From positions 32,001 to 96,000 of the forward strand of contig CAWJSR010000015.1 in assembly GCA_963845515.1 (NCBI GenBank): 64,000 nt of DNA. Direction: 5' to 3'. This document shows, one piece after another, positions 22,021 through 30,340 of this stretch (its first letter is position 1; every line of letters begins with the position of its first letter). This DNA is from an uncultured delta proteobacterium. Lineage in GTDB: Bacteria > Myxococcota > Myxococcia > Myxococcales > Anaeromyxobacteraceae. The translations under genes and the position numbers were made by a program. The notes beneath the pieces were generated by a model. It ran no database searches, was not told the origin of the DNA, and worked only from the letters and a program-made list of their open reading frames with translations.

Positions 22021-22845
22021 GTGGCCCTCGTCGTCGCCATCGCCCCCACGTCCGCGCACGGGCGCGCTCGGGGCAGAGCCCGCTGCCCGACCGGCATGGT
22101 CGCGGTGGAGGGTGGGAAGCTCGAGCGCGCCGGGAGGGGCACCGCCAGCGTCAAGCCCTTCTGCCTGGATCGGACCGAGGTGACCGTCGACGCCTACGCC
22201 GCGTGCGCCGCCGCCGGCGCGTGCGCCGCCGAGGAGCTCGAGTGCGGCAACGCCGCCACCTGGGGCAAGAAGGGGCTGCGCCTCCACCCCATCAACTGCG
22301 TCACCTGGGCCGAGGCCGAGACCTTCTGCAGCGAGCACGGTAAGCGGCTGCCGTCCGAGGAGGAGTGGGAGTGGGCCGCGCGTGGCGGCGGCCGAGCGAA
22401 CACCTACCCCTGGGGCGAGGAGCCGCCGGCCCGCCGCGCCTGCTGGGACGGTGACGAGAACGAGAAGGGGAAGGGGCTCCGGAAGACGACCTGCGCCGTG
22501 GCCAGCCACCCGGCCGGCAAGACCAGCGACGGCATCCAGGATCTCGCGGGCAACGTGCGCGAGTGGACCTCCTCTGCGCACGACCGCCACCGCGTCCTGC
22601 GCGGCGGCTCCTGGGGTGACAGCCTCCCCGAGTTCCTCTCGACGGGCTTCCGCGGGTGGAACTCCCCGGACGAGCGGATCGAGCTGCTCGGCTTCCGCTG
22701 CGCCTCCCCCATCGGCGCCGTCGCGCGCGTCCCGGTGCGCAAGCCGAAGAAGCTGGAGACCTCCCGCGCGCAGACCGACGAGGCGGGGGTCATGATCTTC
22801 GCCGTCCCGATGGAGCTGGGCTCGGGTCAGCGTCACAAGCGCTAG
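22021..22845 (+). CDS. FGE-sulfatase (SUMF1-like) domain protein, exported
   Basis: CPTGMVAV, FCLDRTEVT, RLPSEEEWEWAARG, DLAGNVREW, RGGSW and GFRC motifs. Start is uncertain (out-of-frame ATG at 21972). Confidence 0.88.
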   Translation: MALVVAIAPTSAHGRARGRARCPTGMVAVEGGKLERAGRGTASVKPFCLDRTEVTVDAYAACAAAGACAAEELECGNAATWGKKGLRLHPINCVTWAEAETFCSEHGKRLPSEEEWEWAARGGGRANTYPWGEEPPARRACWDGDENEKGKGLRKTTCAVASHPAGKTSDGIQDLAGNVREWTSSAHDRHRVLRGGSWGDSLPEFLSTGFRGWNSPDERIELLGFRCASPIGAVARVPVRKPKKLETSRAQTDEAGVMIFAVPMELGSGQRHKR

Positions 22846-22848
22846 CCG

Positions 22849-24450
22849 CTACCCGACGTAGGCTCCGGGCATCGCCGCCGGCCAGCCCGCCTCGCTCCTG
22901 AGCGCCGAGGGCTTCACGTCGCCGAGCCGCTGGCCGCGGGCAGCGCAGGCCTCGTAGAAGGGTTCGAGCCCGTCACCGTCCACGCGGTAGACGCGCGCCG
23001 GGGCGAGCTGCCCCAGCCGCGCGCAGTGGGCGTAGTGGAAGCTCTCCCGGAGGAGCGCCTCCAGCAGCTCGGGCGCCCTCCCGGGCACGGCGGCCGCGGC
23101 CAGGACCAGCGTGTAGCAGGGGCGCCCCTCACGCTCGTCGGGTGCGAGGAAGGCGAGCCCCTCGGGGAGCGAGAGCTCGCTGCGAAGCCGCGCGATCACC
23201 TCGGCGGCGTGACCTGCATGAAGCTTCTCGCCGAACCGGTCGCAGAGCTGGTCCTCCTTCCCGAGGAAGCGCAGGCAGGGGGTCCTTCCGAGGAAGCCGG
23301 TCACCTCGACCCGATCCTGCAGCCGGTAGCGCCAGAGCCCGGCGCCGGTGGTGATGATCACGGAGCCCACGTCCCCCTCGCGAAGCTCGTGCACGAGGCG
23401 GGGCGCGCCGCCGCCGGTGTCGAGCTCGATGAAGTGCGAGGTGATCGCCAGCGGGCGATCCCCGCCGAACGGGATCGACACGACCCCCTCCGTGGCGATG
23501 AGCCCCTTCGCCTCCAGCGGGAGGCCGAGCCGTCCCTCGAGCGCTGCCGCGTCGCCGCTCGAGGGCCCGTCGGCCCAGCATGAGAGGAGCGCCAGGCGCG
23601 GCCAGAGGCGGCGCGGATCGGGACCGGCGCGCTCCAGCTCTCGCGCGCGGCGCTGGTCGGGGGGGAGCGCCTTCAGCCTCGCGACGCCCAGGTCGAGCGC
23701 TGGCGAGCCTCCGGCGATCTCTGCCGTGAGCTCCGGGAGCTGGGCGCCGAGCGGCGCGAGCAGCAGCGGCAGGAAGGACGGGCTCCAGAAGGACAGGAGC
23801 CGGAGCTCGCGCGCCCGGAGCAGGTGGAGCAGCGTCCGCCGGCGCCACGCGTCGACCTCGACGAGGTGTCGGACCTCCCCCGGCACGGCGAACCCCCAGG
23901 CGGCGAGCCGGCGCGCCACGGGCCCGAGGTACTCCGCGTCGTCCTCGAAGCCGACCGCGATGCCGCCGGCGGTGGGCGGGGAGCGTGGCGCCGCCGGGCT
24001 GATCGACCAGTACGCCGGGCCGCCCAGGAGCGCTGGACGGCGGCACGCCATGTCGGCGAGCCACGCCGAGAGCGCGCGGCGCAGCTCCAGCGCGAAGGGG
24101 GCGGTCCACGGGAGCAGCTTCGACGCGGCGGTGCTGCCTGACGACGGCTGGAACCGGAGGACCGGCGCCGCGGTGAGCACCCGCGGCTCCCCCGCCGCAG
24201 CCCGGTCGACCCACGGGCGCAGCTCGTCGTAGGTGCGCACCGGCACCCTGGCGCGCAGCCACGGCGCGCCGCCGCCGCCATCGAGGTCGTGCTCCCGCCC
24301 GAACGCGCTGCCGGCCGCGCCGCGCAGGATCCGATCGAGGACGGCTGCCTGCGCGCGCTCGGGATCCTCCAGCGCCGCCCGGAAGGCGCGCCGCGCCGGA
24401 AGAGCCGCGGCCAGCTGGGCGACGTTCGCGAGCGGGGCGGCGGCGATCAC
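22849..24450 (-). CDS. GH3 (auxin-responsive promoter) family acyl-adenylate-forming enzyme
   Basis: VPVRTYDELRPWVDR, PSSGSTAASKLLP (GH3 motif I-like), LIATEG and ITTGAGLWRYRLQDRV..TGF motifs. Confidence 0.85.
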   Translation of the reverse strand: MIAAAPLANVAQLAAALPARRAFRAALEDPERAQAAVLDRILRGAAGSAFGREHDLDGGGGAPWLRARVPVRTYDELRPWVDRAAAGEPRVLTAAPVLRFQPSSGSTAASKLLPWTAPFALELRRALSAWLADMACRRPALLGGPAYWSISPAAPRSPPTAGGIAVGFEDDAEYLGPVARRLAAWGFAVPGEVRHLVEVDAWRRRTLLHLLRARELRLLSFWSPSFLPLLLAPLGAQLPELTAEIAGGSPALDLGVARLKALPPDQRRARELERAGPDPRRLWPRLALLSCWADGPSSGDAAALEGRLGLPLEAKGLIATEGVVSIPFGGDRPLAITSHFIELDTGGGAPRLVHELREGDVGSVIITTGAGLWRYRLQDRVEVTGFLGRTPCLRFLGKEDQLCDRFGEKLHAGHAAEVIARLRSELSLPEGLAFLAPDEREGRPCYTLVLAAAAVPGRAPELLEALLRESFHYAHCARLGQLAPARVYRVDGDGLEPFYEACAARGQRLGDVKPSALRSEAGWPAAMPGAYVG

Positions 24451-25154
24451 CCGGTGACGCCCAGGAAGCGCCGACCGGCCGAGGTCAGGTTCGCCTCGTC
24501 GACGGGGCTGAGGCAGCAGAGCTCGTCCCCCTCAGCGTGGCCCGGGTTGAGTGCCGCGAAGAGGGCCACGGCCGGGTCCCGGAGGCGGCTCGCCGTGACG
24601 TCGCCCACGCCCGGCCTGAGGCGGTGGATGGAGCGCTCCAGTCGAACGACGCCGCGCCTGGGATCGAACCCGTCCCCGTACCGCTCCCGGGCGTGCAGCT
24701 CGAGCCGGGCGCGCAGGTCGGGGCTCCCGCCGCCCGCCACGGGGACGTGCTCCGCGAAGACCGTGGTCATCGCCCGGAAGGTCCTGTGGCCCGAAGAGAG
24801 CAGGAACCAGTCGAGCGGCTCCGGCGCGGCGCGCGCCAGCGCGAGCGCGGCGCGCAGCCAGGTCCGCACTGCGATCGGCGAGCGCCAGGCCTCCGGGGCG
24901 ACGATCGTGTCGCCCGAGAAGAGCACGCGCCAAGGCTGCCCGCGGACCCGGGTGTGCCAGACCTTGAAGGTCGAGAAGCCGACGAGCGCCCCGGCGCTGC
25001 TCCGGATCAGCATCGCCTGGTCCTTCTCCGCGAGGTCGAGGGCGAAGTCGCGCTCCCGCACGCCGTCGAAGTGCCCGTCGAGGAGCGCGAGCATCCCCGC
25101 GCGGGTCGCGCCGTCGAGCGTCGGCACCTCCACCACCGTCCCCGTGAAGGTCAT
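24447..25154 (-). CDS. Uncharacterised GNAT-like protein
   Basis: LVGFST...VLFSGDTIV..EAW and WFLLSSGHRTFR; overlaps both neighbours by 4 nt. Confidence 0.65.
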   Translation of the reverse strand: MTFTGTVVEVPTLDGATRAGMLALLDGHFDGVRERDFALDLAEKDQAMLIRSSAGALVGFSTFKVWHTRVRGQPWRVLFSGDTIVAPEAWRSPIAVRTWLRAALALARAAPEPLDWFLLSSGHRTFRAMTTVFAEHVPVAGGGSPDLRARLELHARERYGDGFDPRRGVVRLERSIHRLRPGVGDVTASRLRDPAVALFAALNPGHAEGDELCCLSPVDEANLTSAGRRFLGVTG

Positions 25155-26266
25155 AACGTCGCCACCTCGGGGCCGAGCGGGCGGGCGTCGAGCGCCGCTG
25201 CCGCGGCGGCGCCGTCCGGTCCGTGGACCGCGTAGAGCATCGAGCGGTACGGATGATGGGGGCGGCGGCGCGCCTCCCGCAGCAGCGGCTGCCCCTCGGC
25301 GAAGGCCACGAGGAGCTGGCGGAGCCCGCGCCGGCAGGCGTCGTCGAGCGCCGCGTCGAGGAGCGCATCGAGCACCGCGGCGTCGTCCCCCTCGACCGCG
25401 ACGAAGGCCAGGAAGGCGGCGGCTAGCGGCTGGCCGATCGGCGGGAGCCGGGGCACCCCCAGCGCCGGGGCGAGCGGGCGCAGGAGCAGCCGCAGGGCGG
25501 CGAGCCCCGGCGAGTAGCCCCGGACCACCGCCTGCTTGAAGCCTCGCTGGTCCCAGATGGCGCCGCAGCCCACGATGCGCCCCGCGCGGGTGACGACGTG
25601 GAAGTCCGACGGCGCCAGGCCGCGCGAGCGCTCGGGCGACGCGAGCTGCGCCGCGGTGACCGCGGTCGCGAACTGGCGTCGCATCCCCTCCGCCCGGAGA
25701 AACGCCGCCAGCTCGCCCAGGCGCCCGTCGTCGCCCCGCCCCAGCGCCAGCCCGGCCGCGAGCCGAGGGCGCCTGCGCCGCGGCGCGAGCGCGAGGGTCA
25801 CGAGCTGGCCGAGCGGCCTGTAGGTGGGGAAGCCCGCCACGCCGGCCTCGAGGAACCTTCGCGCGGGGAGGTTGTCGAGCACCACGCTCGTCAGGTCGAA
25901 CGGGAGCTCTCCGGCCCGGCGGTCGGCCGCGAGCAGCTCGAACCCCTGACGAAGGGAGCGGATCCGACCGCGCCCGGCGCCTGCCGCCCTCAGGAGGCCG
26001 AGGTAGCCGACCCGCGCCGGCGCGCCGTTGACGAAGGCCTCGCGGACGCTCCGGGCGGCCATCCCGAGGACGCGCCCGCTCCCGTCGCGCCCGACGACGA
26101 CCTGGTGCCGATCCCCTTCGATGGCGGCAGCGAGGTGGAACGAGGGCTCCCGCTCGAAGCAGAGGGAGACGGCGCCTTCGAACGGTGTCTCGCGCAGCAG
26201 CCGCCGCAGGGCAGCCTCGTCGGCCGCCGTGGCCGGCCCCATCGTGATGGCCGCCGCCGGGTTCAT
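25151..26266 (-). CDS. Tandem GNAT-fold protein
   Basis: FEREPSF, VNGAPARVGYLGLLR and a second half with IVGCGAIWDQRGFKQ; ATGA overlap with the upstream rSAM. Confidence 0.65.
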   Translation of the reverse strand: MNPAAAITMGPATAADEAALRRLLRETPFEGAVSLCFEREPSFHLAAAIEGDRHQVVVGRDGSGRVLGMAARSVREAFVNGAPARVGYLGLLRAAGAGRGRIRSLRQGFELLAADRRAGELPFDLTSVVLDNLPARRFLEAGVAGFPTYRPLGQLVTLALAPRRRRPRLAAGLALGRGDDGRLGELAAFLRAEGMRRQFATAVTAAQLASPERSRGLAPSDFHVVTRAGRIVGCGAIWDQRGFKQAVVRGYSPGLAALRLLLRPLAPALGVPRLPPIGQPLAAAFLAFVAVEGDDAAVLDALLDAALDDACRRGLRQLLVAFAEGQPLLREARRRPHHPYRSMLYAVHGPDGAAAAAALDARPLGPEVATL

Positions 26267-27606
26267 GCCTCGAGGATGGGGCCGGCGAAGGTGGCGTCGC
26301 CCAGCTGGTGGCCGTCGCGCTGGGTCAGCTCCTTGCGGTGCAGCAGGTTCGCGAAGAGGAAGCCCAGCCCCATGAGCGGCGACGTCAGGTTGGCGGGCGA
26401 GCGGACCGCGATGGAGCGGAGGGAGTAGAAGCGGCGCCGCGCCGCCATGCAGGCCTCGCGGATCTCCGCCGGGGTCAGCCCAGCGGGCCGGTAGTTCACC
26501 TGGCCGAAGCGGTACTCAGGATCGAGCCACCAGCGCTCGAACAGGAGCCGCCGCTCCGCCTCCAGCCGCCGGTAGAGCGGCGTGCCGGGGAAGGGCATGA
26601 GCGGCGCGAAGGCAGCGAGGAAGAGCCGCTCCTCGACGGCGAAGTCCACGGCTGCGTCGAGCGTCCGCGGGCCGTCGCCGTCGTAGCCGAGGACGAAGGT
26701 GCCGTAGACGATGATCCCGTGGCGCCTGAGCGTCCGGACCGCCTGGCGGTACAGCTCGGGGGGGTTGAAGGTCTTGCCCATGGCCTTCAGCGCCGCTGGG
26801 TCCAGGCTCTCGAAGCCGATCAGCACGCCCACGCAGCCGGCCGCGGCGAGGCGCGCGGCCCACTCGTCGTCGAGCGCCCCCTGGATGGAGCACTGGGTGA
26901 ACCACGGCCGCCGGTGCCGGGCGAGGGCGTCGAGCAGCTCGCGCGCCGCCTCCGGGTTGGCGCCCAGGTTGTCGTCGACGATGAACGTCAGCCGTCGCTC
27001 GGAGGCGGAGGCGAGGACGTCGGCGACGACGGCGTCCACCGGCCGAGGGGAGCGGGAGGGGCCGTATGCGGAGTGGATCGCGCAGAACTCGCAGTGGTAG
27101 GGGCAGCCGCGCCCGGACTCCACGAGCCCCACCGGCAGGTATGACTTCCCGCGGAAGAGCGTACGGTCCGGGCGGACCGCCCCGAGCCGCGGGCGCCCCT
27201 CGGCGCGGTAGACCTTCCGCCCGCGCCCGTGCCGCCAGTCGTCGACGACCTCTGGCCAGATCCCCTCGGCCTCGCCGACCACCACGCTCTCGGCGTGGAG
27301 GGCGACCTCGTCAGGCCGCAGCATCGCGTGGAAGCCGCCCATGACGACCGGGACGCCGCGGCGGCGGTACTCGCTCGCGATCTGGTAGGAGCGCTTCGCC
27401 GTGTAGGTCTCGACCGACATCGCCACGAGGTCGGTCGGCTCGTCGTACGGGATCGCCTCCAGCCGGTCGTCCGCCAGGGACACGGTCACGCCGGGTGGCG
27501 TGAGGCCCGCGAGCATCGCGAGCGGGAGCGGCTCCATCTGCCAGGTCCGCAGGTAGCGCTCGCCGGGCCTTCGCCCGACGCAGGGTTGGACGAGCTTCAG
27601 CCGCAT
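26263..27606 (-). CDS. B12-binding-domain radical SAM protein 2
   Basis: MEPLPLAMLAGLTP, VVMGGFHA, VGEAE, SGRGCPYHCEFC, VDDNL, GFES and PFPGTPLY motifs. Confidence 0.92.
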   Translation of the reverse strand: MRLKLVQPCVGRRPGERYLRTWQMEPLPLAMLAGLTPPGVTVSLADDRLEAIPYDEPTDLVAMSVETYTAKRSYQIASEYRRRGVPVVMGGFHAMLRPDEVALHAESVVVGEAEGIWPEVVDDWRHGRGRKVYRAEGRPRLGAVRPDRTLFRGKSYLPVGLVESGRGCPYHCEFCAIHSAYGPSRSPRPVDAVVADVLASASERRLTFIVDDNLGANPEAARELLDALARHRRPWFTQCSIQGALDDEWAARLAAAGCVGVLIGFESLDPAALKAMGKTFNPPELYRQAVRTLRRHGIIVYGTFVLGYDGDGPRTLDAAVDFAVEERLFLAAFAPLMPFPGTPLYRRLEAERRLLFERWWLDPEYRFGQVNYRPAGLTPAEIREACMAARRRFYSLRSIAVRSPANLTSPLMGLGFLFANLLHRKELTQRDGHQLGDATFAGPILEA

Positions 27607-29013
27607 GGGTTCGCCTTCGCTGCGCTCAGGGGCCCCGCAGCGTCGAGCGCGCCCACCGCCGGCACGGGGAGCGGCGCGCGTGCCTCCGGCCCCAGCCCGA
27701 GGAACCAGTCGCACGTGTAGAAGCGGTGGAGGTTTCGCGCGTAGAAGCGGTAGCCGAGGTTGGCTGCGAGGAGCAGGTGCGGGTCGACGCGCGCGCGCCA
27801 GAGCCGCGAGGCGATGGAGCGGAGCGAGTAGACGTGGCGCCAGGCCCGCTCGTGCCCCAGCTGCAGCTGCTCCACCGTCATCCCCTTCGGCTGGAAGACG
27901 ACGTGCTGCGCGTCGTACAGCGACCAGTCCCGCGTCAGGATGCGCCCCTCCGCGTCGAGCCGGCGGTGGAGTGGCGTGCCGGGGAAGGGAGTCACGATTG
28001 CGAAGCGCGGCAGGTCGATGGCCGCCTCCACCGCGAAGCGAGCGGTCCTCTCGAAGACGTCCGGCCCGTCGCCGTCCAGCCCGAACGCGAAGCAGCCCAT
28101 GAGCATGATCTTCCGGCGGTGCAGCTCGGCCACCATCTCCCGAAACGCCTCCGGATCGTTGAAGCCCTTGTGCGTCTGGTCGAGCGACGCCTCGCTGAGC
28201 GACTCGAGCCCCATCAGCAGGCCGCTGCAGCCGGAGCGCGAGGCGAGGTCGAGGAGGTCGCGGATCCAGCGCGATCAGGGTGGTCGCGAGCCCGTACCAG
28301 CGGATCCGGAGCGGGATGAGCGCCTCGAAGAGCTTCGCGGCGTAGCGCGGATCCGAGACGAGGTTCAGGTCGATGAAGAGGACCTTGGGGGCGCCCCACT
28401 GCCTGATGTCGGCCACGACCTCCTCGACGGGCTTCTGGTACTGGTTGCGCCCCCAGGCCGTCGGCGCGACGCAGAACTCGCAGTCGTGGGCGCAGGAGCG
28501 CGTGGCCTCGAAGACCGAGCGGGTGAAGTAGCGCTCCTCCGGGAGCAGGTCCCGGCGCGGGAACGGCAGGCCGGCGAGGGAGAGGCCGCTCCCTTGCGCG
28601 TAGCGCGGCCGCAGCCGGCCGGCGGCGAAGTCGCGGAGCAGCTCCGGCCAGGTCTCCTCGGCGTAGCCGGTCACGACCGCGTCGGCGTGCGCCTGCGCCT
28701 CGTCCGGGAGGAGGGTCGGGTGCGGCCCGCCCAGCACCACCGTGATCCCGCGGGCGCGGAGGCGGTCAGCCAGCTCGTAGGCGCGTGGAGCGTTGCCGGT
28801 GATGGCGGTGATGCCCGCGAGGTCGGCCTCGAGCCGCTCCGGATCCACGTCGGCGATCCCCTCGTCGAGGATTTCGATCGACGCGCCCAGCTCCTCCGGC
28901 ACGTACGCTGCCAGCGTCGTGAGCGTGAGCGGCGCGTACCTGAGCGACTTCTTGAAGATGCCGCCGCGGTGCCTGTAGAGAGGCCCCTTCGGCGAGACGA
29001 GCGCGATCCGCAT
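27597..29013 (-). CDS. B12-binding-domain radical SAM protein 1; apparent frameshift near 28262
   Basis: YAPLTLTTLAA, VLGGPHPT and ATRSCAHDCEFC in one frame; continues as MGLES...TPFPGTPL in frame 27597-28214. Confidence 0.88.
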
Positions 29014-29086
29014 GGCACCTCGGGGGTGGGCTCCGAGTATACCGAGACAGCTCGACCCTCCCATGTGACTTCGGGTGCCGTCGCCG

Positions 29087-30148
29087 TCAGATCGCGAGCA
29101 CCCGCCGCGAGCCGCCCGTGGGAGCGGGCGCCGTCGCCGCGAACCGGCCGGCGATCTTCGCGCCGCACTCGGCGCAGGCGTCCGCGCGCATCCGGACCCT
29201 CCGCACCGCGTGCCAGTCGCGCTCGATCACGGCGGCGCCGCAGCTGGGGCAGTACGTCGTCTGGCCCTCGGCGTCGTGGACGTTGCCGGTGTAGACGTAC
29301 CGGAGCCCCACGTCGCGGGCGATCGCCCGGGCCTTCTCCAGCGTCTCGGCGGGGGTGCGCGGCCGGTCGAGCATCTTCCAGTCGGGGTGGAACGCGGTGA
29401 AGTGGAGGGGGACGTCGAGCCCCATGTGATGCGCGATCCACTCCGAGAGCTTCCGCGTCTCCGCCGGATCGTCGTTGAGCCCCGGGATCATGAGGTTCGT
29501 GACCTCGACCCAGGTCTTCCCCTGCTTCGCGAGCCACCCGAGCGTCTCGAGGACGGGCGCGAGGCTGGCGAGGCAGCGCCGCTTGTAGAACTCGTCGGTG
29601 AAGGCCTTGAGATCGACGTTGGTCGCGTCCATCTCGGCGAAGATCTCCTCGCGGGCCTCCTCGCCCACCCAGCCGTTGGTCACGAAGATCGTCTTCAGCC
29701 CGCGGGCGTGCGCAGCGCGCGCGATGTCGATCGCGTACTCGGCCCAGATGATCGGATCGTTGTAGGTGAAGGCCACGGCGGGCGCGCCGAGCTCGACGGC
29801 GAGGTCCACGACCCGGTCCGGCGTCCACGGCGCCGAGCGCTCGTCGTCCTGGCGCGCCTTGGAGATGTCCCAGTTCTGGCAGAACATGCAGCCGAGGTTG
29901 CAGCCCGCCGTCCCGAAGGAGAGGCAGGTCGTGCCGGGGAAGAAGTGCGCGAGCGGCTTCTTCTCGACCGGATCCACGGCGAAGCCGGTGGTGCGGCCCC
30001 AGCCGGACGTGACCAGCTTCCCGCCGCGGTTCTTGCGGATGAAGCAGAAGCCGTCCTGCCCCTCGCCGATCCGGCATCCGCGCGGGCAGAGGGTGCACAG
30101 CACCTTCCCTCCAGCGACCGGCTCCCAGTAGCGCGCCTCGTGCAGCAC
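29087..30148 (-). CDS. amrS: AmmeMemoRadiSam system radical SAM enzyme
   Basis: CTLCPRGC..CFIR, DPVEKKPL.HF, GCNLGCMFCQNWDIS, FTAFHPD and YVYTGNVHD..TYCPSC motifs. Confidence 0.93.
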   Translation of the reverse strand: MLHEARYWEPVAGGKVLCTLCPRGCRIGEGQDGFCFIRKNRGGKLVTSGWGRTTGFAVDPVEKKPLAHFFPGTTCLSFGTAGCNLGCMFCQNWDISKARQDDERSAPWTPDRVVDLAVELGAPAVAFTYNDPIIWAEYAIDIARAAHARGLKTIFVTNGWVGEEAREEIFAEMDATNVDLKAFTDEFYKRRCLASLAPVLETLGWLAKQGKTWVEVTNLMIPGLNDDPAETRKLSEWIAHHMGLDVPLHFTAFHPDWKMLDRPRTPAETLEKARAIARDVGLRYVYTGNVHDAEGQTTYCPSCGAAVIERDWHAVRRVRMRADACAECGAKIAGRFAATAPAPTGGSRRVLAI

Positions 30149-30340
30149 GCCCTGATCCTAACGCCGCCGCGTGCAAGAAAACACTCGCCCCGCCAAGGGG
30201 TTATCCTCGGACGGAGCGCGCCGGCGCGCCGGTCCGGCCGGGGCCACGCACGGCTGCTCGCGCGCTGGACGTCGCTCTGCTAAGACGGACACAGGGTCCG
30301 CCTGACGCGGACCCTTCTCGTATCCGAGGCATCGGCACCA

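Noticed and set aside
26263..29064. 933-aa 'double radical SAM' ORF in the track
   Set aside because: The middle part is out-of-frame junk. It is two genes joined by a frameshift at ~28262; the true rSAM1 C-terminus is in frame 27597-28214.
30149..30340. SAM/SAH/cobalamin riboswitch upstream of metH
   Set aside because: No recognisable conserved core by eye; only one simple hairpin.
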